Shown here: positions 49,239-59,593 of the stretch, in pieces
Position numbering within the stretch: the stretch's first letter is position 1
Layout: every line of letters starts with the position of its first letter
Assembly: GCA_963834935.1 (NCBI GenBank)
Contig: CAWIDS010000003.1
Coordinates: 121,373 to 185,372, forward strand
DNA: 64,000 bases
DNA from: Candidatus Nomurabacteria bacterium
Lineage (GTDB): Bacteria; Patescibacteriota; Minisyncoccia; Phycocordibacterales; CALRBL01
Reading direction: 5' to 3'
Position numbers and translations under genes: made by a program
The notes under the pieces: model-generated
Seen by the model: only the letters and a program-made list of their open reading frames with translations
The model's database searches: none
What the model was told of the DNA's origin: nothing

Positions 49239-51221
49239 CTACCTTACCATCCAGCTCTTATTCGAATTCATTGCCGCCGTCATCTTGTCCATTATTTTGT
49301 TGATCTCGTCGTCGGTAAGAGTGCGCTCATAAGACTGAAAGACAAGGCGATAGCCATATGAGGTCTTGACCTCGCCTGTCTCTTTGAATGTTTTGGTGAA
49401 GGTATCAAAAAGGTCGGCGCGGACGAGAAGATCTGTTCCCTCCTTGCGAATGATCGCCTCGGCTTCACTTTTTTTTTCTTCGGACATTTCGCCAGGTATG
49501 AATACGGCGATGTCCCGCAAGACGAACGGATATGATGAAATAGATTTGTATCTTGTTTCGCTTTCCGAAGCTTTTGCAAACAAAACATCTTCGGCAGGAT
49601 CAGGAAGCGCGGCAATCAATGCATCAAGATCAAGTTCCATCAAGCCTTCAGTATTATTTATGACTCCGATCTGCTTGTTTTTGACAAGCAGAATGCCTCC
49701 CGTATCGTCGATTGTGCAGATCGTAATGACATTTGCCTGCAATTCCTTCAGAAGATGCTCCCGCACCGCCTTGATCAGCTCATTCTCCTTTTCGCCTTTG
49801 AATGATTTCGCATTGGCAATGGCGACGCAAAGCGATGCATGCTCACCTTCTTTCTTGAAGACCTTTCCTATCTCGAAGACCTTTATCTGGTCAAGCCCGA
49901 GAAGCGGCGCATTGTGGAGATTGAGTTCCAAGGCTTTTGATACGCCTTCCGAAAGGCTGGTGCGTAGGAAGTTCTTGTCGCTAGCGATGGATTTCTCGAT
50001 CTCGAAATCTCCTTTTGCCTGGAGAGCATAAGTCGACACTTCCGAAAAACCTGCAGCGGCGAGGATATCTTTTATCTTCTCAGAATAGAAGAAAAATTTA
50101 TTGGGAGTAACTGCGGTACTGACAGGCGGCAATGACGCTAATGGAATCTTTTCATATCCGTACAATCTGCCGACTTCTTCTGCGATATCCTCGGCAATGA
50201 CAAGGTCGAGCCGCTCTTCAGGAACGGAAAGCATCACTTCATCTCCAGAAATTTCCGTGCCGATATCCAGCCTCTTGAGAATCAAGGATATTTCCTCAGT
50301 TGAAATGATTATCCCCAAAAGAGAATTGATCGTATGAGGATTGATCTTAATCTTTCGGGCAGTTTCCTTAACGGGATAGTAATCGGAAGTTTCTCCGATT
50401 TCGGCAGCAGGATCAAGCTCCCTGATCAAGACGGTCGCTTCATTCATTCCTTTTTCCGCAAAGGAAGCAGTAATGCCGTTCTCGAAACGCTTCGAAGAGT
50501 CATTCTTAATGCCGACTTTCGCCGAAGATCTCCGCACTGATGCCTTGTCAAAATTCGCCGCTTCGAGGATCAGGTTTTTTGTCTCGCTCGTTACTTCAGC
50601 TTTTTTGCCCCCTTTAATTCCGGCAATGGCAAGCGGTCCTTTTTCATCGGCAATTATCAGAATATCGGCAGAGAGCGCGACTTCCTTTCCGTCGAGGGTG
50701 ATTATTTTCTCGCCCTCTTTCGCCTTCCTCACGACAATCGCCCCTTCGACCTTATCCGCATCGAATGCATGCAAAGGCTGTCCCATGTCGAGCATGACGT
50801 AATTGAGCACATCAACAATCGAATTAATCGAGCGCTGGCCGAGCGCCTCCAGCTTTTCTTTGATCCAGGCAGGCGACTCTCCTATCTTTGCCTTATTTAT
50901 CCTCCTTCCGATGTATCTGATGCATTCCTTTTCCTCGACTTTGATATCGAGAGGGAGTAAAGATCGCGTCGGAACTTCAGGCTCTATCGATTCTTTTTGA
51001 GGAATATCCAAAAGAGCAGAAAGCTCATAGGCCAAGCCCCTATGGGAAAGCGCATAGCAGGCGCGGTCAGGCAGCACTTTGACGTCAAAGACTATGTCGC
51101 TTCCCTTTTGATTCATTTCCTCAATCTCGAACACGCCGAAAGTGAGGGTTTCGTTGATCTTTTCAGGTGGAGGTAGCCCCTTCTCGAAATATTTCTTGAG
51201 CCAGTCGTAGGAAATTAGCAT
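49239..51221 (-). CDS. pheT: phenylalanyl-tRNA synthetase beta subunit (short form, about 660 aa)
   Basis: Starts MLISYDWLKKYF, with B3/B4, B5 and FDX-ACB-like segments; shorter than the canonical roughly 800 aa. The ORF-track start 51275 overlaps pheS. Confidence 0.85.
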   Translation of the reverse strand: MLISYDWLKKYFEKGLPPPEKINETLTFGVFEIEEMNQKGSDIVFDVKVLPDRACYALSHRGLAYELSALLDIPQKESIEPEVPTRSLLPLDIKVEEKECIRYIGRRINKAKIGESPAWIKEKLEALGQRSINSIVDVLNYVMLDMGQPLHAFDADKVEGAIVVRKAKEGEKIITLDGKEVALSADILIIADEKGPLAIAGIKGGKKAEVTSETKNLILEAANFDKASVRRSSAKVGIKNDSSKRFENGITASFAEKGMNEATVLIRELDPAAEIGETSDYYPVKETARKIKINPHTINSLLGIIISTEEISLILKRLDIGTEISGDEVMLSVPEERLDLVIAEDIAEEVGRLYGYEKIPLASLPPVSTAVTPNKFFFYSEKIKDILAAAGFSEVSTYALQAKGDFEIEKSIASDKNFLRTSLSEGVSKALELNLHNAPLLGLDQIKVFEIGKVFKKEGEHASLCVAIANAKSFKGEKENELIKAVREHLLKELQANVITICTIDDTGGILLVKNKQIGVINNTEGLMELDLDALIAALPDPAEDVLFAKASESETRYKSISSYPFVLRDIAVFIPGEMSEEKKSEAEAIIRKEGTDLLVRADLFDTFTKTFKETGEVKTSYGYRLVFQSYERTLTDDEINKIMDKMTAAMNSNKSWMVR

Positions 51222-51222
51222 A

Positions 51223-51921
51223 TTAGAATTGGTTAATGAGGCGAAGGTCTCCAGAATACAGCGAACGCACGTCATCGATGCCGTATTTAAGCATTAGCAG
51301 GCGGTCGAGGCCGAAGGCGAAAGCAAAGCCTTTCCATTCTTTCGAATCGATGCCGACGTATTTGAATACGTTAGGATGAACCATTCCCGCTCCTGCCACC
51401 TCAAGCCATTTATCCTTCCATTTCATATCGACTTCAAGGGCCGGCTCGACGAAAGGAAAATAGCTGGGCCTGAAGCGGATGACGACATCGTCGCCGAAAT
51501 ATCTCTTGAAGAAATTTTCCAAAGTGAATTTCAAATGAGCCAAGGATACCTCCTTGTCGACAAACAAGGCTTCTAGCTGATGAAATTGCGCTTCATGCGT
51601 GGCGTCCGTCGCTTCATTCCTGAAAACCTTGCCGGCTGGCACGACTATCCTGAATGGAGGCTTGTGGTTTTCCATGTAACGGATCTGGACTGCAGAAGTT
51701 TGCGTCCTGAGAAGCTTTTTCGTTCCGTCAAAATCCCCTTTTATCCAAAATGTATCCTGCATGTCGCGCGCCGGATGATTGTCGGGAATATTCAGCGCGT
51801 CGAAATTGTAATATTCCGTCTCGAGCTCGGGGCCTTCGGCAACCGAAAAGCCCATCTCATTAAAAATGCGATAGATGTCCCTCATGAGAAGCGTTATGGG
51901 ATGAAGATGTCCTTTTTGCAT
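51223..51921 (-). CDS. pheS: phenylalanyl-tRNA synthetase alpha subunit (catalytic core only, about 232 aa)
   Basis: ..GHLHPITL.., ..FRPSYFPFVEPALEVD.., and ..GAGMVHPNV.. (class II motifs 2 and 3). The ORF-track N-terminal extension is low complexity and overlaps the upstream gene, so the start is taken at MQKGHLHP. Confidence 0.8.
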   Translation of the reverse strand: MQKGHLHPITLLMRDIYRIFNEMGFSVAEGPELETEYYNFDALNIPDNHPARDMQDTFWIKGDFDGTKKLLRTQTSAVQIRYMENHKPPFRIVVPAGKVFRNEATDATHEAQFHQLEALFVDKEVSLAHLKFTLENFFKRYFGDDVVIRFRPSYFPFVEPALEVDMKWKDKWLEVAGAGMVHPNVFKYVGIDSKEWKGFAFAFGLDRLLMLKYGIDDVRSLYSGDLRLINQF

Positions 51922-51922
51922 A

Positions 51923-52873
51923 CTAAGATGATAGCTGGTTAGTGCTCGAAGCGGAAGGGGTAAGGAGAAGCTCGTAAATGGAAGCTCTATCCTTAATGAA
52001 GACACGCTGATCGTAGGTACGGAAATCGAGATTGCTGCCCGAAAGGAGCTCGAAGGTATTCTGCGGGGTTCGCGTGTCAAGCTCGGTAATATAGATGCCG
52101 TCCGGCTTGGAGAAAAGAATGACATCATTCCTTCCCTGATAGAAATCGACTCTCTTTACCCCGTCAGAATTCATGACATCCACGCTGTCCTGGCACGCGA
52201 CCCTTTCCTCATCACAGAAAAGGAAAGGCGTCGAGTCCTCGCTGCCCAGCCATACTGCTTTCACCCAGCCACCATCCTTCACTATCTCTATATTATTCCT
52301 GATGAGGCTAGAGGTCGCCGCAATGGAAAAAGGGGCTGAGACGTAAGGAGAAGTGGTGGAAAAGCCTTTCAGGCTCCGGACGGTCGAGGTCGATGAAAGA
52401 TCGTGAACCGAAGTAGTAGCGGCAAAAAGCAGAGTCACTTGCTTGTAAAGAGGATTGCTTTCGGAGCCGTAATCGTTGGAAATGAATTTAGGGATGGAAC
52501 TGGTGGCAATATCCTGCGGAATAAGATACGGGTAGCCTTCAGCAACGCGCTGGGCTTTGACGTCAATCTTCTTGTTCCACGAGCGATAGCCAGGCTTAGT
52601 GACCATGACGTCGTACGACTGCGCTTTGAGATTGGAGATGAAGATACCGCGATAGAAAAGGCTGGTGGTCTGCGAGAGCGACCCATCGAGATACACCTCG
52701 GCTCCTGACTCAGGATAGAAGACATAGATGCCTCCGGTCTTTTGGAGCGAGAAATCCTTGGTGAGGCGATATCCCGTGGAATAAAGGATAGCCACCGGTA
52801 TCAATATTATGAAAATGAATATGAAGAAAAGAAAGAAAAGGAAGCGCATTCGGGCTGGCATTGGCTCTGTCAT
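51923..52873 (-). CDS. membrane-anchored hypothetical protein (316 aa)
   Basis: N-terminal TM helix (FLFFLFFIFIFIILIPVAIL) and a beta-rich ectodomain. Confidence 0.45.
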   Translation of the reverse strand: MTEPMPARMRFLFFLFFIFIFIILIPVAILYSTGYRLTKDFSLQKTGGIYVFYPESGAEVYLDGSLSQTTSLFYRGIFISNLKAQSYDVMVTKPGYRSWNKKIDVKAQRVAEGYPYLIPQDIATSSIPKFISNDYGSESNPLYKQVTLLFAATTSVHDLSSTSTVRSLKGFSTTSPYVSAPFSIAATSSLIRNNIEIVKDGGWVKAVWLGSEDSTPFLFCDEERVACQDSVDVMNSDGVKRVDFYQGRNDVILFSKPDGIYITELDTRTPQNTFELLSGSNLDFRTYDQRVFIKDRASIYELLLTPSASSTNQLSS

Positions 52874-52878
52874 AGGTC

Positions 52879-54426
52879 TTACATTATAGCATCTTTCTTA
52901 TGAAATTTCGGCGTAACCCAGAAACCCATGTATCTTCCGAAAAAGAGGCGCGTCTCGGCATCAAGGCCGGGAACTGCTCCGAAAATGATGATGGTGATAG
53001 GTACAAGCACCCACTGCAGGAACATCACCAGCTGGTCGCGCCTGCGCTGGCGGCTGGGAAGCTTCGGCAGGAAGTTCAGGAAGACGAAAGCGCTGACGAC
53101 AAGGCCGGACATGGCGAGGATCATCAGGTTCCGAGTGATGATCGGCAGATTGTAAGAGAGGACCGTGCTATTGAAATCCTTTCCGCCGAGAATCAGAGGT
53201 AGCCATCCGAGAAGCAGGATCATTATCGGGTTGGTAGCAAGAGACCAATACCCTTCGAGCTGGGTGAAGGTTACCCGTATCTTCTTCCATAGAGGAATCT
53301 GCCTGTTCTTCATGAAGCTGAAGAGGATGTATGGCACGTTCTCTGATCCCCATGCCCAGCGCCGCTGCTGCTTGTAGATATTCTTCATCGTCTGCCAGAA
53401 TGTCGGCGCAAGGTTGGCATCCATGGAAACTGGGTATGAAAGGGAGATCGTGCGGTAATCGCCATCGTAAGCCATGTAGGCATTCCAAAAGATGCGTGAA
53501 TCCTCCGACACCATGTTCTTCTGCCAGAAGCCGATATCATGAAGGGTCTTGAACGATACCGTATGTGAGGAGAACGTGACGTTCTTCTCCGGGCGCTCTT
53601 GCTGGATCATCTGCCAGAACGTGCTCGATCCGGCGACAACTCGCGAGAAGGCAGGAGCATCCCAGATATTGTTGTTGAAGAAAGGCACTGGCTGATACGA
53701 AACGCGATAGCGGTCTTCGGCGGTCAGGAAATGCCAGGTGACGCAAAGAAAATAATTCTTGTAGACGGCTGTGTCGATATCGAAAGCTGATACCAAGACG
53801 TCATCATATGAAATGGAATGGGCGTCGAGGATTTTTGCCTGGGCTTCGCGGGCGGCATAGGAAATATTCGAGCCCTTGCCTGCCATCTCGCCAGGGAGAT
53901 CAGCAGGATGCGATGTAACGAGGAAATACCCGAACTTCGAAGCGTGCTTCACGCGTATCTTCTCTGCAATCTCAGCTGCTTCCTTTCCCCGCTTCGCTTC
54001 GCTTGCAAGGACGACGATCATCTTCTTCAAGTCATAGTCGGAATCGATCAATGCAATGATACTTTTTTCTATGGTCTCGAAGTCTTCACTGTAAAAAGGA
54101 AGGATGATCATGTGATAGACGTGCTCGTATCTGAGATTCGAAAGCATCTCCCTCCAGTCGATCACCAACGCATGGTTCATCCTCATCCAGTTGCGGCGAA
54201 GAAAATATGAAAGATAAATGGTCTTCAGGAGCCAATAAAGGTCGAAGACAATGATGAAGATCGAAGCGAAGATGGGAAAGAAATGGGAAAGGATGATGGT
54301 GCCGAGAATGGTTCCCCAGGCTAACGTTCCCGGGACCATTTCGAAAATCCGGTAAACTACCCTGTCAGTTCCAGACAGATCGGAAGCCCTTCCTACGTGA
54401 AAATAAGGAGAATCCTTGTATGGCAT
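52879..54426 (-). CDS. family-2 glycosyltransferase (cellulose-synthase-like processive GT2)
   Basis: Multiple TM helices, D,D,D-type motifs and QQRRW (QxxRW). Start moved to MPYKDSPYF because the ORF-track start overlaps tRNA-Thr. Confidence 0.65.
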   Translation of the reverse strand: MPYKDSPYFHVGRASDLSGTDRVVYRIFEMVPGTLAWGTILGTIILSHFFPIFASIFIIVFDLYWLLKTIYLSYFLRRNWMRMNHALVIDWREMLSNLRYEHVYHMIILPFYSEDFETIEKSIIALIDSDYDLKKMIVVLASEAKRGKEAAEIAEKIRVKHASKFGYFLVTSHPADLPGEMAGKGSNISYAAREAQAKILDAHSISYDDVLVSAFDIDTAVYKNYFLCVTWHFLTAEDRYRVSYQPVPFFNNNIWDAPAFSRVVAGSSTFWQMIQQERPEKNVTFSSHTVSFKTLHDIGFWQKNMVSEDSRIFWNAYMAYDGDYRTISLSYPVSMDANLAPTFWQTMKNIYKQQRRWAWGSENVPYILFSFMKNRQIPLWKKIRVTFTQLEGYWSLATNPIMILLLGWLPLILGGKDFNSTVLSYNLPIITRNLMILAMSGLVVSAFVFLNFLPKLPSRQRRRDQLVMFLQWVLVPITIIIFGAVPGLDAETRLFFGRYMGFWVTPKFHKKDAIM

Positions 54427-54452
54427 ATTTCGGCAGTCATTCGGCATGAGTG

Positions 54453-54525
54453 AGCCGCCTCTCGGACTTGAACCGAGGACCTTCGCTTTACAAAAGCGTT
54501 GCTCTACCAACTGAGCTAAGGCGGC
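54453..54525 (-). tRNA. tRNA-Thr (anticodon UGU)
   Basis: The reverse complement GCCGCCUUAGCUCAGUUGGUAGAGCAACGCUUUUGUAAAGCGAAGGUCCUCGGUUCAAGUCCGAGAGGCGGCU; A27-A43 mismatch at the top of the anticodon stem. Confidence 0.8.
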
Positions 54526-54589
54526 AATTTTTAACAACTGTATTTATGACTCTAACACAAGAAAACCCCTCTATCAAACTGCTTTTCTC

Positions 54590-54880
54590 CTATTTCTTCG
54601 GCAGCTTTTTCTTCAAGTATTTGACTGCTTTATGAAAATAAAACTCGGCGCGCTCGATGACATAATGTCCGAACAGCACGAAGGTCTTCCTGTTGAAGAA
54701 CTTCACGACGCGTTTGAGCTTCCAAAGCTTGTCGAGGAAGAACCTGTCCACTTTCTTTATGAATTGTATGGTCTTACCGAAGAGATTCCTTTCCATTATC
54801 TGGTCATAGGCCAAACGGACCACGATCATCAGGATAATGAGAGCAAGCGCCGTGAAAAAGATTATTTGGGAGATAAGCAT
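54590..54880 (-). CDS. small basic membrane protein, hypothetical (96 aa)
   Basis: N-terminal TM helix and a Lys-rich tail. Confidence 0.35.
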   Translation of the reverse strand: MLISQIIFFTALALIILMIVVRLAYDQIMERNLFGKTIQFIKKVDRFFLDKLWKLKRVVKFFNRKTFVLFGHYVIERAEFYFHKAVKYLKKKLPKK

Positions 54881-55485
54881 AAGGCTTCCCGCTCTCGGTT
54901 ATTTCTCGAGAGCGGAAAACGGGCGATCTTGCCGATAGCGATCTTCTCGCCGAATTTCTGGGTAGCATTGGTGATGAGCTCAGCTATGGTCTGATCCTCA
55001 TTCTTGATATAAGGCTGCTCCATAAGTACGCGTTCCTTGAAGTAAGCGTCGATCTTTCCTTGAAGAATCTTCTCCTTCAAGTCCTCAGGCTTGCCCTCTA
55101 CTTCCTTCGAGAAAAGTTCCTTGGCACGCGCCATTTCTTCCTCGCCGATATCTTCGCGGCGGACGAATTCAGGGTTGGTCGCAGAGACATGCATGGCGAT
55201 ATCGCGGGCAAGAGAAACGAAATCCTGGTTCTTCGAGACGAAATCAGTTTCGGAAAGGAGCATGACCATGGCGCCGATGGTGCCATTCGAATGAATATAT
55301 GAAGAAACCGCTCCGGCGCTGAGGTCACGGTCGGATTTCTTCGAAGCGATGTCTGCTCCCTTCTTCTTCAGAAGCATAATAGCCTTCTGCATGTCTCCGC
55401 CTGCTTCCTCAAGAGCTTTCCTGCATTGCATGACCGAAATACCTGTCTCTTCCCTTAATTGCTTTACTTGTTCGGTTGTAATCAT
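54862..55485 (-). CDS. tsf: elongation factor Ts
   Basis: MITTEQVKQLREETGISVMQCRKALEEAGGDMQKAI.. is the EF-Ts UBA-like N-terminus. The C-terminal 15 aa are atypical, so a terminal indel is possible. Confidence 0.85.
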   Translation of the reverse strand: MITTEQVKQLREETGISVMQCRKALEEAGGDMQKAIMLLKKKGADIASKKSDRDLSAGAVSSYIHSNGTIGAMVMLLSETDFVSKNQDFVSLARDIAMHVSATNPEFVRREDIGEEEMARAKELFSKEVEGKPEDLKEKILQGKIDAYFKERVLMEQPYIKNEDQTIAELITNATQKFGEKIAIGKIARFPLSRNNREREALCLSPK

Positions 55486-55501
55486 ACGAAAATAGTTAAA
55501 A

Positions 55502-56212
55502 TTATTTGACTTCCTTCGATCCTTCCTTGTATTCGGCGATGGCGGCGTCTACGATATAATTGATGCTTGAGACTGAAGCGTCGTTTCCGACGATAGGATA
55601 GGTGACTTCATTGATATTGCAATCTGATCCGCAGAGAGCGATGACAGGAATGCCGAGAGCTTCTGCTTCGCGAAGGGCGATGTTCTCTTTCCTTGAATCA
55701 ACTATGAAAAGGGCGTCAGGCATCTTGGTAAGAGGAATGAGTCCAGAGAAAAGAGTGTCGAGGCGGGTGATCTCGCGATCAATGAGCAGTCGCTCCTTCT
55801 TGGTGTATTTTCCAAGCTCTCCTTTCTCACGCTTCTGGCTTAGGTCGAGGAATTTGTCGATTCGCTTTCGGATTTCGCCGAAATTGCTCAAGGTTCCTCC
55901 GATCCATCGGCCCGAGACGAAAGGCATGTTGAGAGCTCCTCCTGCCTTGGCGATAGCCTTGCTAGCTTCGCTCTTGCCTCCGACGAAAAGGATGTTTTTC
56001 TTCTCTGAACCGAGCTTCTTGATGAAAGCAAGAGCGTCTTCGAGGAGAGTCTCTGTCTTTTCAAGGTCAAAGATCTCCACACGATTCTTCACTCCGAAAA
56101 TGTAAGGGCTGACAGTAGGATGCCGTCGCGATTTGACGAAACCGAAATGAGCTCCTGCCTTGAAAAGAGCTTCGATACGCGTTTTTGCCATTGTTTCGCT
56201 GTTTTTTGTCAT
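55502..56212 (-). CDS. rpsB: 30S ribosomal protein S2
   Basis: ..LFKAGAHFGF.., ..ILFVGGKSEAS.., and ..IPVIALCGSDCN..; the start (MTKNSE or MAKTRIE) is uncertain. Confidence 0.85.
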   Translation of the reverse strand: MTKNSETMAKTRIEALFKAGAHFGFVKSRRHPTVSPYIFGVKNRVEIFDLEKTETLLEDALAFIKKLGSEKKNILFVGGKSEASKAIAKAGGALNMPFVSGRWIGGTLSNFGEIRKRIDKFLDLSQKREKGELGKYTKKERLLIDREITRLDTLFSGLIPLTKMPDALFIVDSRKENIALREAEALGIPVIALCGSDCNINEVTYPIVGNDASVSSINYIVDAAIAEYKEGSKEVK

Positions 56213-56249
56213 GTTCGAAAATTCTAGCAGATTGTGGAAGAAATGCAAA

Positions 56250-57176
56250 TTACTCGCCCTTGTATGCAGCTAAGGCATCTATGATTGGGTCAAGATATCC
56301 CTCCATTATCTTGGGAATGTTGTGCCAGGACTCCTTTATGCGGTGATCAGTGATCCTGTCTTGGAGAATATTGTAGGTGCGGATCTTCTCGGATCGGTCT
56401 GCGGTTCCGATCTGACCTTTCCTATTTGCGGAGAATTTCTTCGCTTCCTCTTCTTCCTTTATGGCTTCAAGCTTGGCAATGAGGATGCTCATGGCTTTTT
56501 CGCGATTCTTAAGCTGGCTGCGCTCCGAAGTGCAGCGCACATCGATGCCGGTTGGCTTATGGATGAGGCGCACTGCTGTCTCCACCTTATTCACGTTCTG
56601 GCCTCCGGCTCCCCCCGAACGAGAGAATTCCATCTCGATATCAGCCGGGTTGATGACGATGGCTGATTTCTTCCTGATAGGAAGGATGGCGACTGAAGCA
56701 GTCGAGGTATGGACTCGCCCCATCTTTTCCGTCGCAGGAACGCGCTGAACCCTGTGAACTCCAGTCTCGAAGCGAAGTTTCTCAAATACCCCCTCTCCGT
56801 CAAATTCAAAAGTCAGATTATCAAGCTGGGTAACCCTCCAATTCTTCATCACAGCGTACTTTGCATACATCTGGCCGAGCTCTTCAGCAAAAAGGGTCGC
56901 TTCTTCCCCTCCCGCTCCGGCACGGATCTCCAAGATAAGCTGGCGTGGAAATTCCATGTCAGCCTCTTCTTCTTTCCTTATGATATCTTCCATTTGCTTG
57001 TAAATGACATCCATCTGTCCTTCGATGCGGGCCGACTCTTCCTTTGCCAACTCAGCCATTGCCGGATCACTCTCTGCTATAGACAAAGACTCGTCACGTT
57101 CTTTGCCGAGACGTTCGTATTCCGAAGCCAAGAAGCTTGTCTTATAATTTTCCTTGAAGTTATCTATTTGTTGCAT
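56250..57176 (-). CDS. prfA: peptide chain release factor 1
   Basis: PAT tripeptide (RVPATE), the RF1-specific codon-recognition motif, and GGQNVN (GGQ). Confidence 0.85.
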   Translation of the reverse strand: MQQIDNFKENYKTSFLASEYERLGKERDESLSIAESDPAMAELAKEESARIEGQMDVIYKQMEDIIRKEEEADMEFPRQLILEIRAGAGGEEATLFAEELGQMYAKYAVMKNWRVTQLDNLTFEFDGEGVFEKLRFETGVHRVQRVPATEKMGRVHTSTASVAILPIRKKSAIVINPADIEMEFSRSGGAGGQNVNKVETAVRLIHKPTGIDVRCTSERSQLKNREKAMSILIAKLEAIKEEEEAKKFSANRKGQIGTADRSEKIRTYNILQDRITDHRIKESWHNIPKIMEGYLDPIIDALAAYKGE

Positions 57177-57241
57177 GTTAAAATAATTATACTATAGAAA
57201 AAATTCTCCAGTCTGCCCGGATATCTTTCCCTAAACGTTAG

Positions 57242-57493
57242 TTATTTTTTAGCAACGGCTTTTCGAGCCTTGAACTTTTCAACGCGGCCGGCTGAGTCGA
57301 GGACTTTCTCGTTTCCGGTATAGAAAGGGTGAGATGCGCTTGAGATTTCCACTTTCGTGAGAGGATACTCCTTTCCTTCGAAAGTGCCTGTCTCTTTGGT
57401 CTCGATGGTAGAACCGATAAGGAACATGGCTCCGCTCGAGCTGTCCTGGAAGATCACCATTCGATAATTCTTTGGGTGGATGTCTTTTTTCAT
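57242..57493 (-). CDS. rpmE: 50S ribosomal protein L31
   Basis: [10 protein letters not shown].. Confidence 0.85.
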   Translation of the reverse strand: MKKDIHPKNYRMVIFQDSSSGAMFLIGSTIETKETGTFEGKEYPLTKVEISSASHPFYTGNEKVLDSAGRVEKFKARKAVAKK

Positions 57494-57516
57494 GTGGATA
57501 TCAGACTATCAGATAA

Positions 57517-58887
57517 TTACGGTTGTTGCAAGATATCGATGTTTGACTGGATCGCAGTGGCTTTGGCTATGACCTGATCTCCGTAGAAGGTATTGCTTCC
57601 CGAGCAATTACGGCCCGAATAATAACGGCAAGCGGCATTGTGCTCTGCGGTATAGCCTCCTGCAGAAGCCCCAAGGTCTGACAGATAAAGGGCTGAAGCG
57701 GTGATGGCATCCTGAGGATTCCAAGGATCAGGCATGGCTTTTCCTACCGCATGTCCGATCCTGTCCTTGCTAAGCATCCAGGTCGAGGCAATGAATTGCG
57801 CTGGACCCATAGCTCCTCCGTAGCCAACACTGAACGGACAGGAGACGCGAGTATGATGGGAATCGCGTCCGAGGGCGGTCGTTATCTCAATGAAAGGCTC
57901 GATATCCCTTCCCGGTTTCATCACGTTAGCGACGGCCGCTCCGCTCGATACTTTGACCCCGGCTCCGGTAGTATCGTCGGAAAGATAGCACGAACCTACA
58001 TTTGCCCCCAGATTGCTTTCTTGCTGGATGATGGCAAGTATGAATGCAGGACGGACTCCAGTGATAGCGGAAGCTGATTTGGCATATGTAAGGGCATCTT
58101 CGAATTTGATGGCTGATACGTCGCGCAATTGGAACAAGGCATTCCTAATCTGCGTCGCTTGCGCCTCCTTCTGAGCGATGAGATTTTGATACTGGCTCTG
58201 CTGCTGTTTGTTGAGGCTCAGAAGCTGTTTCTTGTCCGCCTCAGCTTTTTTAATATTAGCCTGTTCCTGCTCGATATTCACTTTGGTATCGATCTCCTGA
58301 TTCTTTTGCTGATCGAGCGATTGCTTCTGTACTTCAGTCTGGGCTTCAGCCTGCTTTACCGTTCCCAAGAGGCTGCTGAGAGAATCCTGAATGGAAGAAA
58401 GAGCGTCGAAATCGATGAAAAAATCAGTGAGATTCCTCTGCGCGAGAAAGGCATCTGCTATTGAGAAAGAATCAAGCTGGTTAGTCTGGTCTATGATCTC
58501 GCTCAATGACTGGTGCCCTTGGTCGATCTGGCTGCTCAGGGTGTTTATGGTCTGTACCTTGACTGTAATATCCTTGCCGAGCTGGGCAATCGCCAGATTA
58601 TGGGCCTTTATCTTAAGCTGCGCCTCTGCAATCTGGGCATCGAGGATGGCAATGTCACGACTTATGGATTTCCCTTCGCCTTCCTTCTCTGTCAGGATGG
58701 CCTGCTGCTGAGTGATCTGATTCTCGATATCAGTAAGCTCGGCTTGGAGAGCGGCTTGCTGGGCAGGGGTGAGAGGTGCCGGCGTAGTCTGGGAAAATCC
58801 CGGGATTATATGAAAAGAAAAGGCTGCTGTTGCTATCAAAGCAAGAGAAAAAAAGCCGATTACTGTCTTTTTTATGGAAATACGCAT
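57517..58887 (-). CDS. secreted coiled-coil protein with C-terminal lysozyme-like/transglycosylase-like domain (putative peptidoglycan hydrolase)
   Basis: Signal/TM, a roughly 250-aa Gln/Ala-rich coiled coil, then ..AIIQQESNLGANVGSCY.. (ES catalytic dyad-like). Confidence 0.5.
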   Translation of the reverse strand: MRISIKKTVIGFFSLALIATAAFSFHIIPGFSQTTPAPLTPAQQAALQAELTDIENQITQQQAILTEKEGEGKSISRDIAILDAQIAEAQLKIKAHNLAIAQLGKDITVKVQTINTLSSQIDQGHQSLSEIIDQTNQLDSFSIADAFLAQRNLTDFFIDFDALSSIQDSLSSLLGTVKQAEAQTEVQKQSLDQQKNQEIDTKVNIEQEQANIKKAEADKKQLLSLNKQQQSQYQNLIAQKEAQATQIRNALFQLRDVSAIKFEDALTYAKSASAITGVRPAFILAIIQQESNLGANVGSCYLSDDTTGAGVKVSSGAAVANVMKPGRDIEPFIEITTALGRDSHHTRVSCPFSVGYGGAMGPAQFIASTWMLSKDRIGHAVGKAMPDPWNPQDAITASALYLSDLGASAGGYTAEHNAACRYYSGRNCSGSNTFYGDQVIAKATAIQSNIDILQQP

Positions 58888-58912
58888 GTAATATACTGGA
58901 AATGCCAGAGCA

Positions 58913-59560
58913 CTATTCCGCCGCCTCTGACGCACCCTCTTCTTCTTTCTTTCCTTTACTTACCGAAAGCTCGATAGCAGAAAGATCCACTGGAGCTGAT
59001 TCCTCGATGACTTCTTCTTTTGCCTCAGATACAAGAGCAATCACTTCTTCAGGAGCAGAAACGAGATCAACACCGGCTGGAAGGATGATGTCTTTAGCAA
59101 GGATCTGCGATTCGAAATTGACCAATGAATCGATCGAAACGGTGAGGGCGTGAGGAAGGTTCGAAGGTGTAGCCTCGATTTCGATTTCGTGAGCTACCTT
59201 GACCAAAGTACCTCCTAGTTCCTTTACGGCAGGAGAATTTCCTTCAAAGTGGAGAGGAACGTTGACCTGGACCTTCTTTCCCTTTTCGACGACATAGAAG
59301 TCGACGTGGCGGACTTTTTCAGTGACGGGATCTAGGTCAATATCGTGGATAAGGGCTTCATGGTCGCCCCTCTCGGTCTTAAGGACGACGATCGAGGATT
59401 CTCCGGCCTGCTTCCATACTCGCATGAATTCTACTTCAGAGAGAGTGATAGGGGTCGAGGATTCCTTTCGGCCGTAAAATACGGCAGGAATCTTGCCATT
59501 CTTGCGAAGATTATAGATATTATCGGCCTTTGCCCGTGTTGTTGTTGCAAGTGTGATCAT
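58913..59560 (-). CDS. rplY: 50S ribosomal protein L25 / general stress protein Ctc
   Basis: ..RKNGKIPAVFYGRKESSTPITL.. Confidence 0.8.
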   Translation of the reverse strand: MITLATTTRAKADNIYNLRKNGKIPAVFYGRKESSTPITLSEVEFMRVWKQAGESSIVVLKTERGDHEALIHDIDLDPVTEKVRHVDFYVVEKGKKVQVNVPLHFEGNSPAVKELGGTLVKVAHEIEIEATPSNLPHALTVSIDSLVNFESQILAKDIILPAGVDLVSAPEEVIALVSEAKEEVIEESAPVDLSAIELSVSKGKKEEEGASEAAE

Positions 59561-59593
59561 AAGAATCTTAATATACCCTAATGTTCAGAAAAA

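Noticed and set aside
52128-54537. N-terminal extensions of the pheS ORF (to 52128) and the GT2 ORF (to 54537, TTG start)
   Set aside because: The pheS extension is Ser-rich low complexity overlapping the upstream gene in another frame. The GT2 extension overlaps tRNA-Thr, so downstream Met starts were used instead.
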